The notes: generated from the letters alone by a model not told the origin. Positions 27,921 through 38,312 are shown, counted from the stretch's first letter. The stretch is DNA of 64,000 nt from Candidatus Parcubacteria bacterium (GCA_023132155.1 JAGLYP010000002.1:6598-70597), one strand, 5' to 3'. Translations and numbers: made by a program.

Positions 27921-29819
27921 ATGAAATTTTTTTCTATAAAAAAAATTAAGAAAAATTGGCAGCTTTTGACGGTTATTTTTTTAAGCCTTGTTTTTTTTAT
28001 TGGCACAAGCAGTTTTAACTACTATACGCAGCAATTTATAGACGAAAACGGGAAAAAGCAAGAGTTTGTAAAATGGGCGTCTCCTGATGAAACAGCGAAC
28101 TATATTTTTACCAAGCTTTACGCGCAAGAAAATAAATTAAGCATTGAAGAGAACTATAATTTATTTACCAACGACATAATGCATCCGCGCAGTTTTCGTT
28201 CGGATTACGGGACCTTAAAACCGGTTAGTTTTTTGGGAATAATATTGGTTTATGGAAAAATCGCTTCAATTTTCGGATATAAAGTTATTCCATATTTAAC
28301 GCCTTTTTTCGCTTCGCTTGGCGTTATTTATTTTTATTTGCTGGTCAAAAGACTTTTTAATAAAAGCAATGCTTGGTTTTCGGCTTCACTTCTTGCGGTT
28401 TTCCCGCCATACATATATTTTACCGCCAGAAGTATGTTCCACAATGTTTTGTTTGTGGTTTTTTTGATTATCAGCTTGTATTATTGCTTGCTTTTAGCGC
28501 GCGGACGGCTTAAATATTTAAAAAGCAAATCCAAAAGTAAAATTAAATTATCAAAAAAAATAAAATTTTTTTTTAAGAATAATGAAAAAAATAAAAAATA
28601 TTATTTGGATTTTTTATTTGCGGGATTAGCCGGCGTTTTTATGGGCCTTGCCATAATTATCCGTTCCTCCGAATTGTTATGGCTTTTGCCTTTGCTTATT
28701 TTTTTATGGCTGTTCAATATTAAAAAAATCGGATTTAGCCGCTTGCTTGTTTATCTTGTTTTTTTATTATTGGCTATTTTACCGGCATTGCATTTTAATA
28801 AGGCGCTTTACTCTTCGTATTATTTGGGCGGATATTCGGAAATGAATCAGTCAATTATCGCGATTGTTGAAGCAAGTTCTGATTTAGTTGGATCAACGGT
28901 CAGGGGTGAATTTTCTTTATATGGAGAGTTATTGAATAAAATCAAGAGTGTTGTTTTTTATTTCGGTTTGCATCCGCGCCAAAGCATGGATATGGCTGTT
29001 ATTTATTTTGTAAAAATGTTTTCTTGGCTTTTTTGGGCGTCTTGCGCCGGCTTGTTGGCATTTCTTATAAATTTTCGCAAATACAAAAAAAGGCATTGGC
29101 TGTATATTTTTTCTTTATTAATAATTTCCGGAATATTAATAATATATTACGGCAGCTGGGAATTTTATGATAATCCGGATAAGACCAGGCACACGATCGG
29201 CAATTCTTATACGCGCTATTGGCTGCCGATTTATTTGGGAGTAATGCCTTTCGCCAGTTTGTTTGTAATGCGTTTTAGCCGCGCAATTGTTTCGCTTTTT
29301 AATAAATTTTATCAAGAAAAAAATAAAAACAGCGCAGGGAATTTAAATTTATTTTCTTATAAAATTAATAAGAAATTTTATTATGTTGGCTTGAGAATTG
29401 TTTTGCTGATAATATTTTTTTACGGATCATTGTCATTTGTTTTGTATGGCTCGGAAGAAGGCTTAATATTTTTAGCTCAGCGCCAAAAGGGAAGCAGGAC
29501 AGAGTGTCAACAGATTTTAAGATTAACCGAAAATAATTCCGCGATTATAACTTTTTATCATGATAAATTGCTTTTTCCGGAACGCAAAGTGATTGTCGGC
29601 TTGTTTGATGATAAAAATATGGTGGCTGAGTACGCGAATTTGGTTGAATTACTGCCGGTTTATTATTACAATTTCACATTGCCTGAAAAAGATGTTGATT
29701 ATTTGAATAACAGGCGTTTAGCTGAAGCGGGATTGGGAATAGAAAAAGTTAGGCAAATAACAAGCGATTTTACCTTATATCGGCTGGTTAAAAAAGTTGA
29801 AAAAGAGGATGGGTCGTAG
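27921..29819 (+). CDS. polytopic membrane protein, possibly GT-C (ArnT/PMT-like) glycosyltransferase
   Basis: 632 aa with many helices, a large first loop, and a soluble C-terminal domain. No catalytic motif confirmed. Confidence 0.4.
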   Translation: MKFFSIKKIKKNWQLLTVIFLSLVFFIGTSSFNYYTQQFIDENGKKQEFVKWASPDETANYIFTKLYAQENKLSIEENYNLFTNDIMHPRSFRSDYGTLKPVSFLGIILVYGKIASIFGYKVIPYLTPFFASLGVIYFYLLVKRLFNKSNAWFSASLLAVFPPYIYFTARSMFHNVLFVVFLIISLYYCLLLARGRLKYLKSKSKSKIKLSKKIKFFFKNNEKNKKYYLDFLFAGLAGVFMGLAIIIRSSELLWLLPLLIFLWLFNIKKIGFSRLLVYLVFLLLAILPALHFNKALYSSYYLGGYSEMNQSIIAIVEASSDLVGSTVRGEFSLYGELLNKIKSVVFYFGLHPRQSMDMAVIYFVKMFSWLFWASCAGLLAFLINFRKYKKRHWLYIFSLLIISGILIIYYGSWEFYDNPDKTRHTIGNSYTRYWLPIYLGVMPFASLFVMRFSRAIVSLFNKFYQEKNKNSAGNLNLFSYKINKKFYYVGLRIVLLIIFFYGSLSFVLYGSEEGLIFLAQRQKGSRTECQQILRLTENNSAIITFYHDKLLFPERKVIVGLFDDKNMVAEYANLVELLPVYYYNFTLPEKDVDYLNNRRLAEAGLGIEKVRQITSDFTLYRLVKKVEKEDGS

Positions 29820-29924
29820 AAGAAAATTAAATTTGCGTTAAAATAGCATTTTGGGGTATAATATAGGTAAGTTAATCCGCGAAAAATTAGCTGTAGATAA
29901 TTTTTTGAGTATTCAAATTACCCC

Positions 29925-32693
29925 ATGCAAAATTTGAAGAAAAATAATATTGGCAATTTTAATCAAGACGCGCGGCCGTCTCGTTTTATGCTGGATTTGA
30001 AGGCAAAGCAAAGAAAGCAGAAAGCAGAAGAAACGGAATTAAAAAAAAGCAAGAAGCCAATTAATAATTTTTTTGAGCAGATAAACAAATTTAAAGAGTT
30101 TAGCCAAAATAAATTTTGTAAAAGCAATAAAGAATTAAATCAAAAGAAAACGGCAGAGTCTGAAGAAAAAATAAAAAAGCCAAAAACATTTGCTTATAAA
30201 AAACGCAAAAATTTAATTTTAAATTATTTTAAAAATTTTCACCTTAGACAAGGAAGACATCTTAAGCGCATGGCGTTTTTTCCTTTTTTTAAGGTATTTT
30301 TTATTGCGATTAAAACAAGTTTCAAGGTTTGCCACGCGGCCGGTTTTTCAGTTTTGTTTATAGCGCGTTTTATTTTTTTCTTTTTTAAGAAAATATTTTC
30401 CGCTGTTGCCGGTTTTAAGAAAAACAAAAAACAAAAAATAAAAACCGTTGATATTAATATTGAGAGAATTTTCAAGCATAGCAAAAAGCCTAAGAGTAGA
30501 ATATCTAATATTTTTAAGCCACGTAAAGCCGGCTATTTTATTCCAAAAAGGTTTGGACATCTAAATTTTAAGCCCTTTTTAGCCTTTTTGTTAATTTTAA
30601 TTGTTTTAACCCTGCCTTTTAAAGCTTTAATTTTTTACAGTGGAATAAGCAATTTAAAAGACAGGGTTTTTGGAATTTCAGCTAACGCGGTTGAGGATAT
30701 TAAATCCGCTTCAAGCTACGCTATTGAGCGAGAGTTTGAAAAAGCGGATAGCGGTTTTACCGAAGCAAGCCGTAATTTTTTAGAAGCTAAAAGCGAACTT
30801 GATGAAATAAGTGTTTTTTTAGATACAATGGGCGCGATTATTCCAAATAAAGAATTAAAACTGGCAAAAGAAGCGGATTTATTTTTAGAGGCAGGCAGTT
30901 TAAGCGCGGAAATTTGCGCTGAATTAAGCCGCGCTTTAAACGTATTTAATGAGCCTGAGGCAAGCGTGAAAAAGATTTTTGACAATTTTCAGGATTCCGG
31001 CAGAAATTTAAGCTTAAAAACATCTCAGTTTGCCGCGGTTATTAAAGAAATTAACGCGAAAGCGCTCCCCGAAGAATATCAGGCGCTTTTTAATGATATT
31101 AAGAAAAAGATTGTTTTGATTGATGAGAATTTAAATGAATTTTTAAGCATAATTGACTTGGCGCGAATATTTTTAGGCTTTGAGCGGGATCAAAGATATC
31201 TTTTTGTTTTTCAAAATAATGCCGAGCTAAGAGCAAGCGGCGGTTTTATCGGCAGTTTTGCCTTGGTTGATTTCAGTAATGGCGAAATAAAAAATATGGA
31301 AGTGCCGGGTGGCGGCAGTTATGACACTAAAGGCGGTTTGTATGAAAAGATTATCGCGCCCGAACCTTTACATTTGGTTGATCCGCAGTGGCATTTTTGG
31401 GATGCAAATTGGTGGCCGGACTGGCCGACGAGTGCCGCAAAATTAATGTGGTTTTATGAAAAAAGCGGCGGTCCCACAGTTGACGGCATTATTAGCTTTA
31501 CTCCTACGGTTTTGGAAAAATTGTTGGAAACTATCGGAGAAATTGATATGACGGAAGAGTATGGTATTGTGTTTAACTCTGAAAATGTTTGGCAGATTTT
31601 GCAAGTTATATCAGAACAAAAAGAAAAAGATCATCCTGATTATGCCAAGTACGCGAAATTATATAAAGATATAATCGGCGAAGAAAAATTCATGTTGCTT
31701 GAACAAAAAAATGATACAGTTTCTAGCAGCGCTAATATAGTCAGAGGCACGGAAGAAATAATTAGAAAGCGGCATGAGCCGAAAAAAATAATCGGAGATT
31801 TAATGGAGAAGATTGTTTTTAAATCAAAAAATGGATTAAACAAGGATATGTTTTTCGGTTTAGTTGATGTATTTTTAAGCAATTTAAATGAAAAGCATTT
31901 TATGCTTTATTTTGTTGATGGCGCGCTGCAAAAAAAGATTATTGAATATGGCTGGTCCGGAGAAATGAAAAAAAGCAATTGGGATTATTTAATGGTAATA
32001 AATACCAATATTGCCGGCGCTAAAACCGATAAAGTTATCAAGGAAGAAATTTCGCACAAAAGCAGTGTTGCCGAAGACGGTACCATAACCAATACAGTAG
32101 CAATTACACGCAGGCATACCGGTTACGCCGGTGATCCGATACTTGGGGTAAGAAATGTTGATTGGTTGAGAGTTTACGCGCCTTTAGGCAGTAAATTGCT
32201 TTCCGCGAGCGGATTTAGCGCGCCTGACAAGGAGTATTTTAATAATCCGGAAGCATATTGGCAACAGGACGCTTATATCTCGGCGACAGAGGGCAGGGGA
32301 GTGGTTGATAAACAGTCGGGCACGAAAATTTATCAGGAAAAATATAAAACAGTTTTCGCGAATTGGTGCATGGTTAATCCTGGTGAAACGATTGTTATCC
32401 GTTTGAAATATGTTCTGCCTTTTAAAATGCGAATCGCGCAAAAAGAGAATAATTTGCAAAATAAGCTTAATCAATTTTTAAATCCTGAACAAAAAGATTT
32501 ATGTCCGCACGCGCTTTTAGCGCAAAAACAGCCGGGATCAATCGGCAGTAAATTTAAAAGCGAGCTTGTTTTGCCAAGTAATTTTACAATCAAATGGCAA
32601 TACGGGCAAGATGCGAGTAAACAAAATTCATGGCTTATTTCCGATGTTTTAAATACGGATAAATATTGGGCGGCTTTGTTGGAAATAAATTAA
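29925..32693 (+). CDS. DUF4012-like membrane-anchored protein
   Basis: Basic low-complexity N-terminus and TM helices. The motif FVFQNNAELRASGGFIGSFALVD is recalled as the DUF4012 signature. Confidence 0.55.
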   Translation: MQNLKKNNIGNFNQDARPSRFMLDLKAKQRKQKAEETELKKSKKPINNFFEQINKFKEFSQNKFCKSNKELNQKKTAESEEKIKKPKTFAYKKRKNLILNYFKNFHLRQGRHLKRMAFFPFFKVFFIAIKTSFKVCHAAGFSVLFIARFIFFFFKKIFSAVAGFKKNKKQKIKTVDINIERIFKHSKKPKSRISNIFKPRKAGYFIPKRFGHLNFKPFLAFLLILIVLTLPFKALIFYSGISNLKDRVFGISANAVEDIKSASSYAIEREFEKADSGFTEASRNFLEAKSELDEISVFLDTMGAIIPNKELKLAKEADLFLEAGSLSAEICAELSRALNVFNEPEASVKKIFDNFQDSGRNLSLKTSQFAAVIKEINAKALPEEYQALFNDIKKKIVLIDENLNEFLSIIDLARIFLGFERDQRYLFVFQNNAELRASGGFIGSFALVDFSNGEIKNMEVPGGGSYDTKGGLYEKIIAPEPLHLVDPQWHFWDANWWPDWPTSAAKLMWFYEKSGGPTVDGIISFTPTVLEKLLETIGEIDMTEEYGIVFNSENVWQILQVISEQKEKDHPDYAKYAKLYKDIIGEEKFMLLEQKNDTVSSSANIVRGTEEIIRKRHEPKKIIGDLMEKIVFKSKNGLNKDMFFGLVDVFLSNLNEKHFMLYFVDGALQKKIIEYGWSGEMKKSNWDYLMVINTNIAGAKTDKVIKEEISHKSSVAEDGTITNTVAITRRHTGYAGDPILGVRNVDWLRVYAPLGSKLLSASGFSAPDKEYFNNPEAYWQQDAYISATEGRGVVDKQSGTKIYQEKYKTVFANWCMVNPGETIVIRLKYVLPFKMRIAQKENNLQNKLNQFLNPEQKDLCPHALLAQKQPGSIGSKFKSELVLPSNFTIKWQYGQDASKQNSWLISDVLNTDKYWAALLEIN

Positions 32694-32701
32694 CAATTAA
32701 T

Positions 32702-32734
32702 AATTAAGAATTAATTATTAATTCTTAATTTTTA
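32702..32734 (+). terminator. AT-only hairpin plus T-run
   Basis: AATTAAGAATTAAT t ATTAATTCTTAATT then TTTT. Confidence 0.4.
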
Positions 32735-32745
32735 ATCAAAGTAAC

Positions 32746-35232
32746 ATGGCAAACAACGATATATTTCTTAATTCATTGATTGTTTTTATTTTTTTATTTT
32801 TGTCCGCGTTGCTTGTTCTTTTTGCCGCAAAAATTATTATTAGAAAAGTAATTTCAAAAAATGAGCATTTTGACCATATTATTTATTTAATCCGCCTGCC
32901 AAAAGATAAGCCCGGCAATCAAGAGAGGGAGGATTCTGTCCAACAGCTAAGAGAAGAGATAGCCAAGGGCGAAACTATTTTTTCCAGTATTGGCGGTTTG
33001 CGCGCGCAAAGGGGTTTTTGGGCTTGGTTTAAAGGCAGAAGCGACCATTTTTCATTTGAGATTGCGGCAAGTAAAAAGAAAATCGTTTTTTACGCTGTTG
33101 CTCCGCGAAAATTAGGCCGCTATATAGAACAGCAGATTCATGCCCATTACCCCGAAGCCGTAATTGAGGAAGTGGATGATTATAATATTTTTACGGCAAA
33201 ATCCCACGTGGTTGCCGGATTTTTAAAAGCAAGTAGAAGTTTTATTTTCCCCTTAAAGACATACAATAAAATGGAGGCTGATCCAATGAATTCAATTATT
33301 AATGTTATGTCAAAATTGGAGGTTGACGAAGGATTATCCATCCAGTATTTAGTCAGAAGCGCCAAGCCGGCTTGGCACGCCGGCGCCGCTAAAATCGCGG
33401 CTTGCATCCATAAAGGTGAAACAATGAAAGAAGCTTTAAAGAGCTTTAATAAAAATCCTTTTTTTGTTTTTTTAAGCGAAGCTATAAAGGCAGCCAAAAC
33501 AGAAAGCCCGGAAGAAAAGCAAAAAAAAATAAGCCAACAGCCGCCGCGCTTGACCGCGATGGAAGAGGAGATGCTAAAGGGGATTGAAGAAAAAAATTCC
33601 AAGGCCGGTTTGGACGTAAATTTGCGCGTAATTGTCAGCGCCAAGAACGCGGGGCAGGCGCGATTGTATCTTGATAATCTTTCCAGCGCTTATAGCCAAT
33701 ATAATTATTATGAATACGGCAATAGTTTTGGCAATAAAATAAAGATTAAAAAACAGAAAAAATTGATTAGCGATTATATTTATCGCCGCTTTGATGATCG
33801 TATCGGATTTTTGCTTAACACCGAGGAATTGGCAAGCCTTTATCATTTGCCTTTAAAAACTTCGGAAACGCCGAATATTTTATGGCTAACAGCGCGGCAT
33901 GCGGCAGCGCCTGTAAATATCCCCGGAGAAGGATTGCTCTTGGGGCGGAATATTTATCGCGGAGAAGTGTCTGATGTCAGAGTTAAAAGAGCGGATCGCA
34001 GGCGGCATACATATGTCGTCGGTAAGTCCGGTACCGGTAAATCAAAGCTAATCGCCGGTATGGCAATTCAGGATATTTTAAACGGCGAAGGGATATGTTT
34101 GCTTGATCCTCACGGCGATTTGGTGGCTGATGTTTTAAATCGTATTCCGCCGGAAAGAGCCGAGGATGTAATTTTATTCGCGCCGGCCGACACTGAAAGG
34201 CCTTTGGCTTTTAATTTATTGGAATACGATCCTAAGTATCCGGAACAAAAAACTTTTGTAATTAATGAGATGATTAAGATTTTTGATAAATTGTACGATT
34301 TAAAGGCAACCGGCGGACCGATTTTTGAACAATACGTGCGCAATGCCATGCTTTTGATTATGAGCGATCCGGCATCGGGCTCAACTTTGATGGAAATTCC
34401 GAAAGTATTGGCTGACGCGGATTTCAGGAAAATGAAATTAAAAAAATGTTCCGACCCTACTGTTGTGGATTTTTGGAAAAAAGAGGCTGAAAAAGCCGGC
34501 GGCGACGCGGCCCTGGCCAATGTAGTGCCGTATGTTACTTCAAAATTGACGCAATTTATTTCCAATGATACGATGAGGCCGATTATCGGCCAGCAAAAAA
34601 GCTCTTTTAGCATTCGGGATGTAATGGATAAGCAAAAAATACTGTTAGTGGATTTGTCCAAGGGGCAAGTCGGGGAAATGAATTCATATTTGCTCGGTAT
34701 GATTTTGGTGGGAAAAATTTTAATAGCGGCATTATCGCGTACGGATATTAGCGAGGAAAAACGCAAGGATTTTTATTTGTATATTGATGAGTTTCAAAAT
34801 TTTACCACTGATTCAATCTGCTCAATTCTTTCAGAAGCCCGCAAATATAATTTAAATTTAATTATCGCGCATCAATATTTGGGGCAATTGGCTAAAAATC
34901 AGGATACGTCAATCAAGGATGCTGTTTTCGGCAATGTCGGCACGATGATGGTGTTTAAGATCGGCTCTGAAGACGCGGAATTTTTATCAAAAGAATTCAG
35001 CCCGGTGTTTAATCAGTTTGATTTGATAAATATTGAAAAATATACTACTTATGTAAAATTATTGATTGACAATACGGCAGGCCGCCCTTTTTCAATGGCA
35101 ACCCTGTGGCCTTTGCCTGGAATTGAGCGCGAAGGCATGGCTGGAAAAATCAAAACATTAAGCCGTTTAAAGTTCGGCCAAGATAGAAACATAATTGAAG
35201 CGGAAATCAGAAAAAGAACCGTTGGCGGGTAA
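32746..35232 (+). CDS. membrane-anchored VirD4/TraG/TraD-like (type IV coupling protein-like) P-loop ATPase
   Basis: N-terminal TM helix. Walker A is VVGKSGTGKS, followed by LLDPHGDL. Walker B is FYLYIDEFQNF. C-terminal region has IIAHQY. Confidence 0.65.
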   Translation: MANNDIFLNSLIVFIFLFLSALLVLFAAKIIIRKVISKNEHFDHIIYLIRLPKDKPGNQEREDSVQQLREEIAKGETIFSSIGGLRAQRGFWAWFKGRSDHFSFEIAASKKKIVFYAVAPRKLGRYIEQQIHAHYPEAVIEEVDDYNIFTAKSHVVAGFLKASRSFIFPLKTYNKMEADPMNSIINVMSKLEVDEGLSIQYLVRSAKPAWHAGAAKIAACIHKGETMKEALKSFNKNPFFVFLSEAIKAAKTESPEEKQKKISQQPPRLTAMEEEMLKGIEEKNSKAGLDVNLRVIVSAKNAGQARLYLDNLSSAYSQYNYYEYGNSFGNKIKIKKQKKLISDYIYRRFDDRIGFLLNTEELASLYHLPLKTSETPNILWLTARHAAAPVNIPGEGLLLGRNIYRGEVSDVRVKRADRRRHTYVVGKSGTGKSKLIAGMAIQDILNGEGICLLDPHGDLVADVLNRIPPERAEDVILFAPADTERPLAFNLLEYDPKYPEQKTFVINEMIKIFDKLYDLKATGGPIFEQYVRNAMLLIMSDPASGSTLMEIPKVLADADFRKMKLKKCSDPTVVDFWKKEAEKAGGDAALANVVPYVTSKLTQFISNDTMRPIIGQQKSSFSIRDVMDKQKILLVDLSKGQVGEMNSYLLGMILVGKILIAALSRTDISEEKRKDFYLYIDEFQNFTTDSICSILSEARKYNLNLIIAHQYLGQLAKNQDTSIKDAVFGNVGTMMVFKIGSEDAEFLSKEFSPVFNQFDLINIEKYTTYVKLLIDNTAGRPFSMATLWPLPGIEREGMAGKIKTLSRLKFGQDRNIIEAEIRKRTVGG

Positions 35233-35365
35233 ATTTGCTGAAATATTTACAAAATCATTGAAATGGTTTAATATAGATATTAAGAATTTAATAAAAATTG
35301 TTTTTTTAAAGAAAAAATAAAAATTAGCTAAAATTAAATAAAAATAATTAAAATAAACAAAATTT

Positions 35366-36067
35366 ATGACTGATGCAAATATTTTATTAAATGATGATTT
35401 AGACGAAAATGAAAATACTGATTTTATTGATGATTTGGACTTAAACCATAATTTAGGCGCGGATAAAAATGAAAACGCGGAAAACGCGGAAAAAGACGAG
35501 ATAATAATAAGTAAATCAAAGGCGATTTTAATTAAAAAATTATTAGAAAATATTCAGGAAAACAGTGATAGAATTACAAAACTTTTAGCAGGTTTAATTA
35601 GCGAAGAAGATGAAAGCAGAATAAGCATTGGGCAGATGAGTGAATTTTTGAAAAGTGATGTTTCAGATAATAACGAAAGCCAGGATGAGGGCGGCAGAAT
35701 TATTGAGGGTGTGTTTGACGGAGAAAATATGATCGGTCCGGACGGAAAACAATACAGCGTTCCTGCCAATTACGCCAGTAAGTCCAAATTGATTGAAGGA
35801 GATATTTTAAAATTAACAATTACCCCGACAGGCACTTTTGTCTATAAGCAAATCGGTCCGATTGAAAGAATAAGGGTTATGGGAAATTTGGAGCAAGGAG
35901 AAAACGGCAGCTTTACCGTAGTGTCTGATGATAAAAGGTGGAATGTTTTAACCGCCAGCGTAACATATTATAAAGGGCAAGACGGTGATGAGATTATTGT
36001 GTTAGTGCCGAAAACCGGAGGCAGCAAATGGGCGGCGGTTGAAAATATTGTAAGAAAAAACGTTTAA
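35366..36067 (+). CDS. hypothetical protein, acidic N-terminus plus beta-rich C-terminal domain
   Basis: 233-aa ORF with a D/E/N-rich first 60 aa. No recognised motif. Confidence 0.45.
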   Translation: MTDANILLNDDLDENENTDFIDDLDLNHNLGADKNENAENAEKDEIIISKSKAILIKKLLENIQENSDRITKLLAGLISEEDESRISIGQMSEFLKSDVSDNNESQDEGGRIIEGVFDGENMIGPDGKQYSVPANYASKSKLIEGDILKLTITPTGTFVYKQIGPIERIRVMGNLEQGENGSFTVVSDDKRWNVLTASVTYYKGQDGDEIIVLVPKTGGSKWAAVENIVRKNV

Positions 36068-36078
36068 AATTATTTATC

Positions 36079-36146
36079 AAAAAACCTTTTTTTGCTGTTA
36101 GCCTTGGTCTTAAAACCCGCGCTAACAGCAAGAAAAGGTTTTTTGT
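36079..36146 (+). terminator. long hairpin terminator
   Basis: AAAAAACCTTTTTTTGCTGTTAGC ... GCTAACAGCAAGAAAAGGTTTTTT. Confidence 0.6.
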
Positions 36147-36184
36147 ACTTGATTTATTTTTTTAAAATAGGTAATATATAGAGC

Positions 36185-37948
36185 ATGGTAACATTATATC
36201 GCAGCTATCGCCCGCGTAATTTTAAGGAGATAGTTAACCAAAATCACATAAAAATAACTTTGGAGCATGAGATTGAATTAAATAAAATCGCGCATGCTTA
36301 TTTGTTTTGCGGTCCGCGCGGAATCGGCAAGACTACGATCGCGCGCGTTTTTTCCAAAGCGGTTAATTGCGTGAACAGAAAAGACGGAGAACACGAGCCT
36401 TGCGATAATTGCGATATTTGCGATGAGATTAACGCGGGCCGCAATATGGATATAATAGAAATTGACGCGGCCAGCCATACCGGAGTGGACAATGTCAGGG
36501 ATAATATTATCAGCGCCGCCAGGGTGGCTCCAAGCCGTTCAAAATATAAAGTGTTTATTATTGACGAGGTGCACATGCTTTCCATTTCCGCCTTTAACGC
36601 TTTGTTAAAAATTTTGGAAGAGCCGCCGCAAAATGTAATATTTATTTTATGCACTACCGAGGTCCACAAAATTCCGGCAACGATTATTTCCCGCTGCCAG
36701 CGATTTGACCTTAAGCGCATTAGCGTAACCGATATAGCCAAGAAATTGCAATATATCGCGGAACATGAAAAGATTGAAATTGGCAAAGAGATACTGGAAG
36801 CTATCGCGCGCCGCAGCGAGGGGCATATGCGCGATGCTGAAAGTCTGCTCGGACAAGTGGTGGTGATTGGCGGCAATAAAATTACGCAAAAGGAGGCGGA
36901 CTTGGTTATTCCGAGAAGCGATTTGAACGAGGCGATAAATTTAATTCAAGCCATGATTAACAATGATGCCGGTTCGGGCATAGCAATAGTGAATAATCTG
37001 CTTAATGAGGGCGTTGATTTAAAAAGATTTTTGTCTGATGTAATTGAACTGCTAAGAAAAATAATGTTAAGCAAAATTAATCCGGCTTTATCCGAGAAAT
37101 TGGGGCTTGAACTGGGGGAGTCTATTGAAGTGAAATTGAATAACGCGGGAATGAGCGCTAAATTACCTCAACTTATAATGATGATTGAAAAATTGATAAG
37201 CGCTAAAAATGATTTAAAAAGCAGTTTTATAATTCAATTGCCTTTGGAAATGGCGATTGTGGAAATTTGCAGCGGCCAGCAGGAAGTAAAATCAACAAAT
37301 TTTAATCAGCGATTTGCAAATCCTGTTTCGCCGCCGCCGGCTCCCATTCAAACCGCGCTTCATCAGAATATCGGGGATAGCGCCAATCAGCAAGATTCAC
37401 AAAAAAATAAAAATATTGAAGCCGCTGAAAGTCAAAAAGTTGAGAAAAATTTGCATTCTCAGGTATTAACAGAGAAAGTTAAAATTAGCAAAGAGGAAAT
37501 TTTGTCAAAGTGGAACGAGGTTTTGGTTTATGTAAAAAAATATAACCATTCATTAACTTTTATTCTTCGCGTCTGTGAGCCGCGCGGCATTGAAAATAAT
37601 AAATTATGCCTTGCATTCAAGTATAAGTTTCATAAAGACCGTATTAGCGATATTAGCATAAAAAATATCATTGAGGAAGTGTTATTAGAAGTGTATAAAC
37701 AGCCGATTTTGATTGAGGCGATTGTGGATGAGTCAATAGAAACGGAAACGGTTGGCGCAAGCGAAAATAATGTTTTAAATTCACCCGAAACGGAAAATAA
37801 TTCAGAAATAGCGGATAAGCCGATTGGAGACGGTAACATCGGCAATGATAAGAATTCTGTTGTTGAGGCAAATGCTTCCGGCAAAAACGAAGGCGACAAA
37901 ATGATTGACAATCTTTTAAAAACTTTTGGCGGCAAAGTGGTTGGTTAA
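36185..37948 (+). CDS. dnaX: DNA polymerase III subunit gamma/tau
   Basis: HAYLFCGPRGIGKTT (Walker A), the Zn module CxxCxxC (CDNCDICDEI), VFIIDEVHMLS, and SRCQRF. Confidence 0.9.
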   Translation: MVTLYRSYRPRNFKEIVNQNHIKITLEHEIELNKIAHAYLFCGPRGIGKTTIARVFSKAVNCVNRKDGEHEPCDNCDICDEINAGRNMDIIEIDAASHTGVDNVRDNIISAARVAPSRSKYKVFIIDEVHMLSISAFNALLKILEEPPQNVIFILCTTEVHKIPATIISRCQRFDLKRISVTDIAKKLQYIAEHEKIEIGKEILEAIARRSEGHMRDAESLLGQVVVIGGNKITQKEADLVIPRSDLNEAINLIQAMINNDAGSGIAIVNNLLNEGVDLKRFLSDVIELLRKIMLSKINPALSEKLGLELGESIEVKLNNAGMSAKLPQLIMMIEKLISAKNDLKSSFIIQLPLEMAIVEICSGQQEVKSTNFNQRFANPVSPPPAPIQTALHQNIGDSANQQDSQKNKNIEAAESQKVEKNLHSQVLTEKVKISKEEILSKWNEVLVYVKKYNHSLTFILRVCEPRGIENNKLCLAFKYKFHKDRISDISIKNIIEEVLLEVYKQPILIEAIVDESIETETVGASENNVLNSPETENNSEIADKPIGDGNIGNDKNSVVEANASGKNEGDKMIDNLLKTFGGKVVG

Positions 37949-37954
37949 ATATAT

Positions 37955-38028
37955 TCGGGGATCGTCTAATGGTAGGACATCAGGTTCTGGTCCTGGGTAT
38001 CGGGGTTCGAATCCCTGTCCCCGAGCCA
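37955..38028 (+). tRNA. tRNA-Gln (anticodon CTG), CCA encoded
   Basis: Hand-folded. Acceptor TCGGGGA/TCCCCGA. D arm GTCT-AATGGTA-GGAC. Anticodon stem TCAGG/CCTGG with loop TT-CTG-GT. T arm CGGGG-TTCGAAT-CCCTG. Discriminator G plus CCA. Confidence 0.9.
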
Positions 38029-38234
38029 CGAAAAATGGCTTCGCCATCTCGTGGCAGGCCGTATAAATAGCACATAAACCACTTACGTGAATTTCGTTAA
38101 TACTTTTAAAGAGGTATGGCGAAGTCCATTTTGAGTGAGCCGCGTGATGCGCTTGCGCATTTTACGCGGCAAGGAACGTGAATTACGCACAGGCTTGCCA
38201 TATAAAAAATACGTCTTAAAAGACGTGTTTTTTT
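38029..38234 (+). other. G+C-enriched, hairpin-dense 200-nt segment ending in a terminator; candidate small ncRNA or recombination-site relic
   Basis: Nested hairpins CCACGA..ATGGC ttc GCCAT..TCGTGG and GCCGCGT..ACGCGGC. Long-range pairing TGGCAGGCC(38052-38060)/GGCTTGCCA(38192-38200). Terminator ACGTCTT aaa AGACGT plus T7 (38211-38234). Confidence 0.3.
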
Positions 38235-38312
38235 GTGCTACAATAACAAATATAATTATTTTTAAAAAGCGGATCAGGCAGGAAATATTTAAATAAGCAG
38301 TTAAGAAATTAT

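Noticed and set aside
34110-34766. Long antisense ORFs inside well-supported genes. Examples are 34110-34766, 33180-33644, 36298-36876, 55613-56134, 10920-11372, 22755-23108 and 24108-24524.
   Set aside because: They are shadow ORFs opposite genes with clear family motifs (T4CP-like ATPase, dnaX, mtaD, radical SAM, rpsB, PSP1). Their products are low-complexity and they have no independent signals.
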